A stretch of 57,195 bases of DNA from Eledone cirrhosa (GCA_964016885.1 CAXHJY010001179.1:1-57195), one strand, 5' to 3'; numbered from the stretch's first letter, positions 29,317-43,293 are shown. Made by a program: numbers and translations. The notes: a model not told the origin generated them from the letters alone.

Positions 29317-30798
29317 GCCGAGCGAATACAAACGTCCAGAATGGGGTTCCTCCGAAGGATCTTTGGTGTAACGTTACATGATAGAGTGTGGTTCGGAGAT
29401 CAGAGAGTCACTCCAGGTAGAGATGCTACTTCTCCCGAATTGAGAGATCACAGATCCAATACTATGGGCATGTGGTTAGAATGTTTCAGGACAGATTTGT
29501 AGCTTGGAGATCAGAGAGTCACTCCTGGTAGAGATGCGACTGACCCGAATTGAGAGATCACAGTTCCGATACTATGGGCATGTGGTTATAATGTTTCAGG
29601 AAAGAATCTCTGGACAGATTTGTAGCTTGGAGATCAGGGAGTCACCCCTGGTAGAGATACGACTTCTCCGAATTGAGAGATCACAGTTCCGATACTATGG
29701 ACATGTGGTTAAAATATCTCGGGAAAGAATCACTGGACAGATTTGTAGCTTGGAGATCAGGGAGTCACTCCTGGTAGAGATGCGACTTATCCGAATTGAG
29801 AGATCACAGTTCCGATACTATGGACATGTGGTTAAAATATCTCGGGAAAGAATCACTGGACAGATTTGTAGCTTGGAGATCAGGGAGTCACTCCTGGTAG
29901 AGATGCGACTTATCCGAATTGAGAGATCACAGTTCCGATACTATGGACATGTGGTTAAAATATCTCGGGAAAGAATCACTGGACAGATTTGTAGCTTGGA
30001 GATCAGGGAGTCACTCCTGGTAGAGATGCGACTTATCCGAATTGAGAGATCACAGTTCCGATACTATGGACATGTGGTTAAAATATCTCGGGAAAGAATC
30101 ACTGGACAGATTTGTAGCTTGGAGATCAGGGAGTCACTCCTGGTAGAGATGCGACTTATCCGAATTGAGAGATCACAGTTCCGATACTATGGACATGTGG
30201 TTAAAATATCTCGGGAAAGAATCACTGGACAGATTTGTAGCTTGGAGATCAGGGAGTCACTCCTGGTAGAGATGCGACTTATCCGAATTGAGAGATCACA
30301 GTTCCGATACTATGGACATGTGGTTAAAATATCTCGGGAAAGAATCACTGGACAGATTTGTAGCTTGGAGATCAGGGAGTCACTCCTGGTAGAGATGCGA
30401 CTTATCCGAATTGAGAGATCACAGTTCCGATACTATGGACATGTGGTTAAAATATCTCGGGAAAGAATCACTGGACAGATTTGTAGCTTGGAGATCAGGG
30501 AGTCACTCCTGGTAGAGATACGACTTATCCGAATTGAGAGATCACATGGGAATGTGATTAGATTATCTCAGCAAAGAATCGCTGGACATATTTTATGGGT
30601 AAAACCAACCGGCAGGAGACCCAGGAGTAGACCCCGAGCAAAATGGTTGGAGAACATCTATGAGCTAGGCTGGTCACGCTTGGGGATCCAACTGGATCAG
30701 TTGGAGACGGTTGCTTCTGACAGGACCTGATGGAAGGAGGGTTTGAGGACTTTACGCCGACGCTACCCTCTCCGAAGTAAGTGGGCGAAGAAGAAGAA
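29317..30798 (+). mobile_element. RTE-clade LINE 3' end with internal 123-bp tandem amplification
   Basis: MGFLRRIFGVTLHDRV, RIERSQFRYYGHVV, PTGRRPRSRPRAKW motifs; (GAA)n tail. Confidence 0.88.
29395..30545 (+). repeat. 123-bp (41-codon) tandem array, about 9.5 units
   Basis: ggagatcag unit starts at 29506, 29629, 29752, 29875, 29998, 30121, 30244, 30367, 30490; shorter first unit at 29395. Confidence 0.97.
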
Positions 30799-31554
30799 TC
30801 ACTGCCCTCATCATCGCGTCCTTATTACCATCCTTGCCATCATCACCGTCACCATCCTCATCACTGCCATCCCCACCACCACGTTCATCATCATCACCAT
30901 CATCATCATCATCAGCAGCAAAATCTTAACGGCATAACATGAAAAACAGAAGAAAAGAAAAGTAATAAGAGGAGGGGGTAGTAGGAAGAGGAGGAAGATG
31001 TGGAGTAGGAGGAGGAGGAGGAGGTGTAGGAGAGGAGGTAAAAGATGCGGAAGAGGGCGGGGGTGGGGGGCGGGAGAGAGAAGAAACTAGTTAAACTAAT
31101 ATAATTTCATTTAACATTAATTGGAAGTAAAAACTGCATCTATATATATCCATAACGAACCGATTAATGACGTCATCAACAAGGTTGGGATTAATGTGTA
31201 AATAATTACTGGTTAATTAGTTATTATTAAGCGGGGGCAGCTATTGATCATCCGTTTTTAATTAATAAATACATCCGACATCAGAAACATTTGTATTAGA
31301 TCTACCAAGGTTTAACTTGAACTCTTTACATATTTCTTTAATTATTATTATTATTATTATTATTATTATTTATCGTTGTTGTTGTTAATGTTATTGTTGT
31401 TGTTGTTGTTAATGTTGTTGTTGTTAATGTTGTTGTTGTTGTTGTTGTTGTTGTTAATGTTGTTGTTGTTGTTGTTTTTATTATGATAATAGAAATGAGA
31501 TGCCTTCCAATTAAACTTAGAAATAATTAGAGAAATGTGTTGCACCGTACTGGA

Positions 31555-32051
<497 letters not shown>

Positions 32052-32624
32052 GTATGTCCGGCGCTCGATATAATTGTGCGTTCGTAGGATTATATGAAGC
32101 TGGAACGTACACACACACATATGTGTGTGTGTGTATGTATAGAATTTCCACGTGTGTACGTGTTTCTATATTTGTGAATACATGTTTGTGCACGCAGATG
32201 TATGCTTCTGCCTGAACATCGCAATTACATATATACACATGTATATGCGTATAGATTTTGTGTCGCCATCTATATTAACGTTTTTGAGAGCAGCACAATT
32301 TGGTACGGATTAGCTAGTCAATGACCCAAACATATTTTACGATTTGAAATAAAACACATCCAGTAACTACACTAAATAGTCGTTGAAATATTTAAGCGCA
32401 AATCTGTCTACATATTTCTCATGCTTTATGGAAATCTATCTACGTATGAACTCACTCCAATGTCTTATCTATCGATTCTTTAGTATTACTTACAAAGCTT
32501 TAAGCCATCTGCCAGCATCTCATTTTGAAAGGATTAAACCGCCTTCAATAAAAGCCTTTTTCCGATAGGAATATTAATGTACGTTTGATTTTCAAGATGG
32601 CTGATATAAATGTTTTTGTTCATT

Positions 32625-32970
32625 TAATGTTTCCTTTTAGGATAATATAGCGGTTTCATTTTTCACTTGCTTTTCTTCGATTAGGAAAACATATTCTCTT
32701 ATCATTATTCTCTCATTTTCAATAGTATAGATTTCATAAAAATAAAAATACACAGTAGTCTTTATTTATATATACTAGTGGATCCGTGTCGTCAATAATG
32801 AAGGCAATAATGTTTCCTTGTATCTAAATATGGCGGTTTCTTTTTTCACTTGCCTTTCTTCGACTTGGGAAACAAATTCTTTTATCTATATTCTTTCATT
32901 AGAGATAATATAGATTTCATTTTTTAAATATATATACATATACAATATACATTATTTCTATACTAGTGCA
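32625..32970. repeat. Diverged ~180-bp tandem duplication
   Basis: aatgtttcctt...gcggtttc..ttttcacttgc...tagatttcat...tatactagtg occurs twice. Confidence 0.75.
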
Positions 32971-33839
32971 GCGGGCGCCAACATTTCGGACTTCATAATT
33001 ATAAATCTCCGTGTACCACTAATTTGAAGTAATGGTCAATAGGTGAAACAATACTGAAGCGTACGTCTGTCATATTTTCGATAGATGATACATATATGTA
33101 AAATTATTTCATGGCTGTTCTTTACTGAAAAGAAACATCTTTTAGTGGGATTATAAAATATATTTTAACCGAATATTATCTTTGCAAATAATGTCCACAT
33201 TTTTCTCTGAGGACCACCAGTTGATGATCCTATTACACGGTCATTTCAGAAAAAGGCAGTTCCGTTGATTGAATTAACCAGAGCGCTTGTCGTCAAAATC
33301 AACGGACATCCAACATCATCTGTGTAGAGATTTCACAAAACATTCCCCAATACATCTTGCTTCATACTAGGGTTCCTTTTCATGCATCCCTGGGGAAAAA
33401 AATAAAATTTACAGCTCACCCCACTCTAGGTCTTTCTGTTCTCCTCTGATAGGAGATTTCTGGGGTATTTTAATGATAGAGACGCCTAGTCCAATCATAT
33501 AGTCACACAGGTATGTTGTTGTTACAATTCACACCAACGTTGGTTCTACTCGCTTCTTACGTAGGTGCATATCATAAGAGGTTTCTCGGGTCTTTTAATA
33601 ATAGGAGCTCCAATCCTATTATGTTATTGTTGTTATAGCTCACATCCAAGAGGTATTTCCTATGAGGTTTCTCGAGAGTTTCAATGACAGGGGCCAAGTC
33701 CTATTCTCTCTCTCTCGCACACATACACACGTGGATGTTGATACAGCTCACACCTATGTAGATTTAGCTGGCCTCCAAAAAGGTTGTATTTCGTAGGTGT
33801 TCCAAGTGTTTTAATGAGTGTTCTTACGAAAAGCTACGG

Positions 33840-34335
33840 AAAATGAAGCATCTTGCTCAAGAATACAACCTACTGCTTGGTGCAGGAATGCAATCTATGA
33901 CAATGAGTCCAACACGACAGTGGGTCCAACACGTCAGTGGGTCCAACACGACTGTGAGTCCAACACAACAGTGGGTCCAACACGACAGTGGGTCCAACAC
34001 GACAGTGGGTCCAACACGACTGTGAGTCCAAAACGACTGTGGGTCCAACACGACAGTGGGCCCAACACGACAGTGGGTCCAACACGACAGTGAGTCCAAC
34101 ACGACAGTGAGTCCAACACGACAGTGAGTCCAACACGACAGTGGGTCCAACACGACAGTGGGTCCAACACGACAGTGGGTCCAACACGACAGTGAGTCCA
34201 ACACGACAGTGAGTCCAACACGACAGTGGGTCCAACACGACAGTGGGTCCAACACGACAGTGGGTCCAACACGACTGTGGGTCCAACACGACAGTGGGTC
34301 CAACACGACAGTGGGTCCAACACGACTGTGAGTCA
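33840..34335 (-). repeat. 17-bp minisatellite (gtccaacacgacagtgg, ~25 copies) contiguous with a SINE2 remnant
   Basis: Preceded by tcttgctcaagaatacaac (rc of the SINE2 central domain). Confidence 0.9.
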
Positions 34336-34569
34336 CTATTAGGGAGTCACACTCTATTAGGCCACACGTTACTACCTATTGATTAGTTCCAGTATGTAAA
34401 TAAATGTATGTCGATTATAATGTAAGCCGATTATAATCAGCCTTGCTCATCTATCTCTTCAGAGAAATAACATTCTTAAACTACTTCGGCCTTAATCGAA
34501 CGCCGTACGTGAAATCATCATAAAGAAATGGCGTAAGGTAGGTGAGAATTTGAAGTATATTAAACACAC

Positions 34570-34757
34570 ACTCTCTCTCCCTCCCATTCTCACCCCCCTC
34601 TCTCGCTCTTTCTCTCTCCCTCCCATTCTCACCCCCCTCTCTCGCTCTTTCTCTCTCTCTCTTTCTTCCTCTCTCTCTCTTTCTTTCTCTCTCTCTCTTT
34701 CTTTCTCTCTCTCTTTCTTTCTCTCTCTTTCTTTCTCTCTCTCTCTCTCTCTTTCTT

Positions 34758-34793
<36 letters not shown>

Positions 34794-35061
34794 TCTATCT
34801 CTTTCTCTCTTTTTCTTTCTCTCTCTCTCTCTCTTTCTCTATCTCTTTCTCTCTCTCTTTCTCTCTCTCTATCTCTTTCTCTCTTTCTCTCTCTCTCTCT
34901 CTTTCTCTATCTCTCTCTTTCTCTCTCTCTCTTTCTCTCTCTCACTCTCTCACTCTCTCACTCTCTCACTCTCACTCTCTCTCTCTCACTCTCTCTCTCT
35001 CATTCTCTCTCTCATTCTCTCTCTCATTCTCTCTCTCTCATTCTCTCTCATTCTCTCTCTC

Positions 35062-35104
<43 letters not shown>

Positions 35105-35125
35105 CTCTCTCTCTCTCACTCTGTT
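34570..35125. repeat. (CT)n/(CTTT)n polypyrimidine tract (another at 36025-36296)
   Basis: Direct inspection. Confidence 0.95.
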
Positions 35126-35335
35126 TTCCCCCCACTAAAACAAGTAAAGTCGCCACCTCCCTCCCTGTTCCCCTCCTCTCTATCTCCCTCGTTTTATTTC
35201 ATCTTATTTTTATGTTTATCTCTTTTGTTGGCCTCGTTACTTTTCGTTGCAAGTTCTTTTGATATTTACTTACCACATCGTCCTGTGTTAATCATACATA
35301 ATCATATATATTAATCATATATATATATAGGTGTG

Positions 35336-35401
<66 letters not shown>

Positions 35402-35717
35402 TCTACCTATGTATATATATATATATATATATACACGCACACACATTACATACTCACACGAAAAAGATAGATTTATTCTTTATAATATATATTATATCCG
35501 CTCAAATTATTTATTTTAAGAAGCGCGTAGGTGGGATGTAAACGAATTTTATCTGATGTCGCTTATGTAGTGGGCAATGAAAAAATACTTTGAACACGTC
35601 TCTCACTAAATCATCTTTTGATAGAAGAGTAAAATTCCATCTTTTGTAACTTTTTACTATCCAAATATGGCAACGCTTGGCACAGACAATTTATTGTTTG
35701 TTAGTAAAGCTGGCGCC

Positions 35718-35870
35718 TTCGTTGCCATCCTCCGGGGCAATGCATTCTCAATCCTGTTGGACGGGCCGGGTCTCAGAGGCGGAGAGCTAGTTAATTTTTG
35801 GTTGGGGATACACGTTCGGACGTCACTTCTACAACTAAACTATATTTACAAATGCAAACATATATTATAT
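35718..35870 (+). mobile_element. Possible CRE-clade non-LTR retrotransposon 3' remnant
   Basis: VAILRGNAFSIL at 35721-35756 resembles the CRE C-terminal AIQRGNA motif; only 12 codons. Confidence 0.4.
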
Positions 35871-36019
35871 AAGCTAGCGTTGTAGACGGCGAATTGGCAG
35901 AATTCGTTAGAACTGATGATATGTCAGGGGTCTCTGCCTCCTCTGTGTTCAACGTTGAGATGAAATTTGTCTTACATCCCTTTGAAGTCGATAATGTTCT
36001 GATCCAGTACTGAGGTCAA

Positions 36020-36071
<52 letters not shown>

Positions 36072-36162
36072 CTCCCTTTCTCTTTCTCTTTCCCTCTCTT
36101 TCTCTTTCCCTCTCTTTCTCTCTCTTTCTCTCTCTTTCTCTCTCTTTCTCTCTCTTTCTCGT

Positions 36163-36198
<36 letters not shown>

Positions 36199-36202
36199 CC
36201 TT

Positions 36203-36234
<32 letters not shown>

Positions 36235-37563
36235 TTCTCTCTCTCTCTTTCTCTCTCTGTCTTTCTCTCTCTCTCTTTCTCTCTCTGTCTTTCTCTTGAA
36301 GGAATCGGCTGTGTTCAGACCTGGGGACGGTTTAGACTACACCAGATCTTAATGTCCATTATACACCTTATGTCAAGTCACCACCCTTGCGACCGCACAA
36401 CAGAATTTACTAACCCTGCATTTTCCACTATACAGTCCACATCCTCCACGCTAAATCCCATTATACATCATAACATCTTACGTCCATTTCAACTTTTTAA
36501 CGATCTGATCCTTTACCACCCCTCCTTGGGCTGTTATTCTAATCACCAACACCGAAATGATAAAAAGCAGAATTAACCTAAGCGAAATTTGAATGAAACT
36601 ATTCGAATGCCATAAAGTATTCTAACGACTATTACTGAACAATTATCGTCTCAGATAACAGATAAGGAACTAAGAGAAACGTCTTACCTGGTCTTAATTA
36701 GATAATTGCTTTCATTTGAATACAAAAACCTATGATTATTGCTTGGAAAAAACTCACGTTTGATTTTCTATTTTCTAAAGCATTTGCAATGCATCGTATG
36801 TTGTACATCGGCCTGGCGACAGCTGTAATAGTATAACAATTGAGCAAATCTGTTAATATTTACAGGACTGTCGTTGAAGAGCTTTCTACAGCAAATATCA
36901 TATTATTTAGTATTTCCAAACGTAATTACACGAAAGCCAACTTAACCATCGATTGAACTTCATCTATCTGAGGAAATTACTTTCTTACTTACACTAGCAT
37001 AAATTTGTAATGGCAACAACAGAAGAGGGGGTCAATGTAATTGTCTTCCTCTAACACATTGCTATGTTAATTACTATGTATTTCTGGCAGCCTTAAGCGA
37101 AATTTAATTGGTTTTTCATCGCGTGACATGAAATATAATGTCCAAAGGAAATACTTATTGTTCTATAACCGGTTGAAGTAGCGAACTCCTGAGAGCATCG
37201 GATTAAATCCCCTGTTGTTAGTTCTGATGCACTTCTTTTGAGTTTAAATACCACCGTGCTCAACAAATTCGATAAATAAATATCAGTACCGTATTCAGGG
37301 TGTCTCCCTCTCTCTCTCTCTCCAGCTCCCTCTCCCCCCCTCCCCCTATCTACCCCCTATCTCTACCTCCCATTCCCTTTTCTCTCTCCCATTCCTTCTC
37401 TTTCTCTCTCTGTCTCTCTCTCTCAATTTGTCTGTTCGTCTTTCTATATGTGGGAAAATTCAGCTGTGATCCGACCTGGAAATGGAAGATCAACAGCAAG
37501 TATAAATACTACGACGACTCAACTAGAAGTGTTTTCACTGATCATTCTAGACTCATATGTAAA

Positions 37564-37601
<38 letters not shown>

Positions 37602-37608
<7 letters not shown>

Positions 37609-37790
37609 GAGCTTCTACAGGACTAGAACTGTTTCATTCGTGAGAAATCATCAGGAAGCTTCCTGATGATTTCTCACGAATGAAACAGTTCTAGTCCTGT
37701 AGAAGCTCTTCTATAATAAAACTTTTATACTCCGCTATATATTTAGTACCTTACTTACTGTGGTTACCTCCGATTCAACCCGGAATAACT
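37602..37790 (+). mobile_element. Family A element: perfect 114-bp palindrome of two HHRs plus tail
   Basis: Palindrome 37602-37715 centred on AAG|CTT, then AATAAA and tail ending aacccggaataac. Confidence 0.88.
37657..37707 (+). ncRNA. Type I hammerhead ribozyme, intact core (mirror copy on - strand 37610-37660)
   Basis: agcttc-CTGATGA-tttc tcac gaat-GAA-acag ttctagtc ctgt-A-gaagct; predicted cleavage after 37701. Confidence 0.8.
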
Positions 37791-37798
37791 TATATATA

Positions 37799-37994
37799 TA
37801 GGAAAAAGTATGACCCCGACGGCAGAGCTCAAGCAGTTTCGACGGCTATTACTGGACTCTGTAAAAGCCGTCGAAACGGCTTGAGCACTGCCGTCGGGGG
37901 TCATACTTTTTCCTATTTCCCACTCTACTACCCTAAGTATTGAGTACTCTGGTGCGTTATGGTTCATCTGGTTCCTTAGCACAAGTCCTTTGTT
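37799..37994 (+). mobile_element. Family B palindromic element
   Basis: Inverted repeat 37799-37915, tail with bulged hairpin 37922-37945, ends GTTA(TA)n. Confidence 0.82.
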
Positions 37995-38123
37995 ATATAT
38001 ATATATATATATATATATAATTTCAAAATAGGGACCGCACAGGACAAAGACAATGGTAAAAAAACAACGGAAAGACGGACAGTCTACGGTTTCTGTTCAT
38101 TAAGGTTGATACCATCCATTCCA

Positions 38124-38217
<94 letters not shown>

Positions 38218-38306
38218 ATATATATAAAATACATTTTCAACTTCTTTTCTTTCATTATATATATATAATGAAAGAAAAGAAGTTGAAAATGTATTTTATA
38301 TATATA
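38218..38306. repeat. Perfect palindrome centred on (TA)n
   Basis: aaaatacattttcaacttcttttctttcat-(ta)n-atgaaagaaaagaagttgaaaatgtatttt. Confidence 0.9.
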
Positions 38307-38313
38307 CATGTGT

Positions 38314-38681
38314 GTGGATTGGCAGTATCGGTAGAGGGTTGGACACTATGCTTTGACGCATAGAGTTACGACCCTTGCCATTTTGAGTTCGAATCCAGCC
38401 GAGGCTAACTTGGCCTTTCATCCTTACGGGGTCGATAAAATAAAGTACCAGTAATGTACTGGGTAATTGCTGGCCTTGTGCCAAAAGTAGAAACAATTAT
38501 ATATATATATATATAGGGCGGTGAATTGGCAGTATCGGTAGAGGGTTGGACGCCATGCTTTCTAGCATAGTTACGTTCTTTCCCGCTGAGGTTAACTTTG
38601 CCTTTCATCCTTACGAGGTCGATAAAATAAAGTACCAGTAATGTACTGAGTAATTGCTGGCCTTGTGCCTAAAGTAGAAAC

Positions 38682-38686
<5 letters not shown>
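38314..38686 (+). mobile_element. Two tandem SINE family 1 copies (38314-38497; 38517-38686, B box deleted)
   Basis: A box and full body/tail, separated by (TA)n. Confidence 0.9.
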
Positions 38687-38712
<26 letters not shown>

Positions 38713-38716
<4 letters not shown>

Positions 38717-38869
38717 TCTCCACCACTCCCCTACACACCTTTTGAACTCTCACCTGAAGAAGGGCTTATGCCCGAAACGTCGTCCTCCACCTACCCCCCA
38801 CTCTCCTGAGCGTGAATTTAATAAACATTTATCGTACTGCCTCTCTGTTCTGTCCCTGTTCAATTTTTC

Positions 38870-38872
<3 letters not shown>
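38713..38872 (+). mobile_element. Penelope-like pLTR remnant with HHR core 38754-38783
   Basis: CTGAAGA-a-gggc ttat gccc-GAAAcgtcgtc, AATAAA at 38820; helix I pairing not evident. Confidence 0.55.
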
Positions 38873-38914
<42 letters not shown>

Positions 38915-39154
38915 GCACACACGCGTGTGTCTGACTGTATTTATATATAGAGAGAGAGAGGTGGGGAGTAGTTGGCAAGGAGTGTGTGAGTTAGTGCGAA
39001 TGCCTAAGTAGCTTTAAAGTCAGGTTACGAAGTTGAACAAGATTATCTCCATATGAACAAATTAAATCTATGAAAACGTGAATCTATCATCAACTAAAGA
39101 ATAACATAACATAACAAAAGTAACACACACACACTCACCCCCAAAACAAATCAA

Positions 39155-39250
39155 TTATATAATGTATATATATATATATTATATAATGTATATATATATA
39201 TATTGTATATATATATATATATATATTGTATATATATATTGTATATATAT

Positions 39251-39293
<43 letters not shown>

Positions 39294-39314
39294 TGTATAT
39301 ATATATATATATAT

Positions 39315-39345
<31 letters not shown>

Positions 39346-39409
39346 TGTATATATATATATTGTATATATATATATTGTATATATATATATTGTATATATA
39401 TATATATAT

Positions 39410-39465
<56 letters not shown>

Positions 39466-39904
39466 ATATATATATATATATTGTATATATATATATATAT
39501 ATTGTATATATATATATAGATATGTTGTATATATATAGATATATTGTATATATATATATTGTATATATATATATTGTATATATATATTGTATATATATAT
39601 TGTATATATATAATGTATATATATAATGTATACATATATTGTATACATATATATTGTATATATATAATGTATATATATATATTGTATACATATATATTGT
39701 ATACATATATATTATATATATATTGTATATATATATATATATTGTATGCATATATATTATATATATATTATATATATATTGTATATATATATATATATAT
39801 ATATTGTATATATATATTATATATATATTGTATATATATATATTGTATATATATATTGTATACATATATATTATATATATATTGTATATATATATTATAT
39901 ATAT

Positions 39905-39942
<38 letters not shown>

Positions 39943-40475
39943 ATATATATATATTGTATATATATATATTGTATATATATATATATATTGTATATATATA
40001 TATATATTGTATATATATATATATATATTGTATATATATATATATATATTGTATATATATATATATATATTGTATATATATATTGTATATATATATTGTA
40101 TATATATATATATATATTGTATATATATATTGTATACATATATATATTGTATATATATATTGTATATATATATATATATATTGTATATATATATATATAT
40201 ATTGTATATATATATATATATATTGTATATATATATTGTATATATATATTGTATATATATATATATATATTGTATATATATATTGTATACATATATATAT
40301 TGTATATATATATTGTATACATATATATATTATATATATATTGTATATATATATATATATATATATATTGTATATATATATATATTGTATATATATATAT
40401 TGTATATATATTGTATATATATATTGTATATATATATATATATATATAGTATATATATATATATTGTATATATAT

Positions 40476-40511
<36 letters not shown>

Positions 40512-40978
40512 ATATATATATATATTGTATATATATATTGTATATATATATTGTATATATATATATATATATATTGTATATATATATATTGTATATATAT
40601 ATTGTATATATATATATATATATTGTATATATATATATTGTATATATATTATATATATATTGTATATATATATATTATATATATATTGTATACATATATG
40701 TATATATATATATTATATATATATTGTATACATATATATATATATATATATTGTATATATATATTGTATACATATATATATGTATATTGTATACATATAT
40801 ATATATATATTGTATATATATATATTATATATAATTATATATATATATATTGTATATATATACAATATATATTATTTATATATTGTATATATATTGTGTA
40901 TATATATATATATATATTATATATTATATATATATATTATATATATATTATATTATATATATTATATTATATTTATAT

Positions 40979-41018
<40 letters not shown>

Positions 41019-41076
41019 TATATATATATATATTATATTATATATATATTATATTATATATTATATTTATATTGTG

Positions 41077-41108
<32 letters not shown>

Positions 41109-41357
41109 TATATATATATATTATATATATATTATATTATATATATTATATTATATATATTATTATATATATTATATTTATATTGTGTATATATATATAT
41201 ATATTATATATTATATATATATATTATATATATATTATATTATATATATATTATATTATATATATTATATTATATATATTATATTTATATATTATATATT
41301 ATATATATAATATATATATATTATATATATATTATATATTATATATATATTATATAT

Positions 41358-41411
<54 letters not shown>

Positions 41412-41992
41412 ATATATATATTATATATTATATATATATTATATATTGTATATATATATTATATATATATTATATATTGTATATATATTATTATATATAT
41501 ATATTGTATATATATATTATATATATATTATATATTGTATATATATATTATATATTGTATATATATATTATATATTGTATATATATTATATATTGTATAT
41601 ATATTATATATTATATATATATTATATATTATATATATATTATATTATATAATATATATATATTATATATTATATATATATTATATTATATAATATATAT
41701 ATATTATATATTATATATATATTATATTATATAATATATATATATTATATATTATATATATATTATATTATATAATATATATATATTATATATTATATAT
41801 ATATTATATTATATAATATATATATATTATATATTATATATATATTATATATTATATTATATATTATATATATATTGTATATATATTATATATATATTAT
41901 ATATTATATATATATTGTATATATATATATTATATATTATATATATATTACATATTATATATATATTGTATATATATATATATATATATATT
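39155..41992. repeat. 2.8-kb (TA)nTTG / (TA)nT satellite
   Basis: Direct inspection. Confidence 0.95.
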
Positions 41993-42186
41993 GTTATATT
42001 TGGGGAGGGTCTTATTTGTGTAATAATATTGCCAGAATTAATAACAGAACACACTCACTGTTTGGTTGGTTTTCGCTTCTGTGTCTTTTATATCGGTTAA
42101 TTTAATTTATTCGGTCTTCAATGTTACCATTGACTGACCAACGGTCAAAAATACAGATAAAATATAGACACAAACACATATATATA

Positions 42187-42830
42187 GTCTAACAAAGTTC
42201 TTTCGTTGCACATCTGCAACATCGTCAGTGCTGCTATTATGTTTCCTCCCGTTGTATTGTATGCCTACGCCATCTTTATTTAGTCTGTTTATTTATTTTT
42301 TTTTTTTGTCTTTGCGTTTGCGTATGTGTATAGTGTTTTGTTTGAAGTGTGTTCGTGTTTGGGTGACTGTGTATTGGTTATTGTATTCTATCTTAGTTTA
42401 CTAGTGTGTGTTTATATGTGTTTGTTGGTATTGTGCTTGTGTATATATTTATTTATTTATTTATTTATACTTCTCTTAGGTCAGTGTTGTTTGTTTGGGT
42501 GTTGTTGTTATTCCATTCATTTTTTCTGTTTAGCCTTGGCCTTCATTTCTATGTTTAGATATTATTCTAATTTCTATGTTGTCTATGTTACCGTCGTGTT
42601 GTTATCTGGCATGTTCGTATAGTACTGAAAACATATATAAACACACCAATACACAGTCACCCAAACACGAACACACGTCAAACACTATACACATGCAAAC
42701 GCATGCGCAGAGAAGACAATAAATAAATAAAATAAAATAAATAAATTTGGTAAACAGACTAAATACAGATGGCGTAGCCATACAATACAACAGGAGGAAA
42801 CATAATAGCACCACTGACGATGTTGCAGAT
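42187..42830. mobile_element. Inverted-repeat element (arms ~42212-42378 and ~42645-42830) with HHR core on - strand at 42187-42232
   Basis: Minus strand CTGACGA-t-gttgca gatg tgcaac-GAAA; right arm stops in the helix II loop (ctgacgatgttgcagat). Confidence 0.65.
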
Positions 42831-42831
42831 T

Positions 42832-43003
42832 TAATTTAGTCATGGCATGACTAAATTATAACCATCAATATAGTCAAGGTATGTCACGCATCAACTTATT
42901 TTATCTGATGAGGACGTACTATTGAAATAGCTCAGTATCTCTGAAATATGTATAATAAAATATATTTGATCACATGAATGTCTATATTTATTAATATTTT
43001 GAA
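42832..43003 (+). mobile_element. Family C element with HHR 42897-42962
   Basis: tattttat-CTGATGA-ggacgtact..agtatctct-GAA-atatgtat-A-ataaaata (8-bp helix I); homologous to 16850-16990. Confidence 0.7.
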
Positions 43004-43105
43004 GTAATATTTGTATATATATATATAGTATGAAGACAAAATATGTCCATCTTCATTCTACGATATACCTTCCTTGCCTTTGGCTATTGATATTATACTA
43101 ACATT

Positions 43106-43293
43106 GCGGTGGATTGGCAGTATCAGTAGAGGGTCGGACGCCATGCTTTCCAGCATAGTTACGTCCCTTTACGATCTGAGTTCAAATCCCGCCGAGGTTG
43201 ACTTTGCCTTTCATCCTTACGGGGGTCGATAAAATAAAGTACCAGTAATGCACTGGGTAATTGCTGGCCTTGTGCCTAAAGTAGAAACAATTA
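43106..43293 (+). mobile_element. SINE family 1, full length
   Basis: A box, B box gagttcaaatccc, body and tail intact. Confidence 0.92.
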
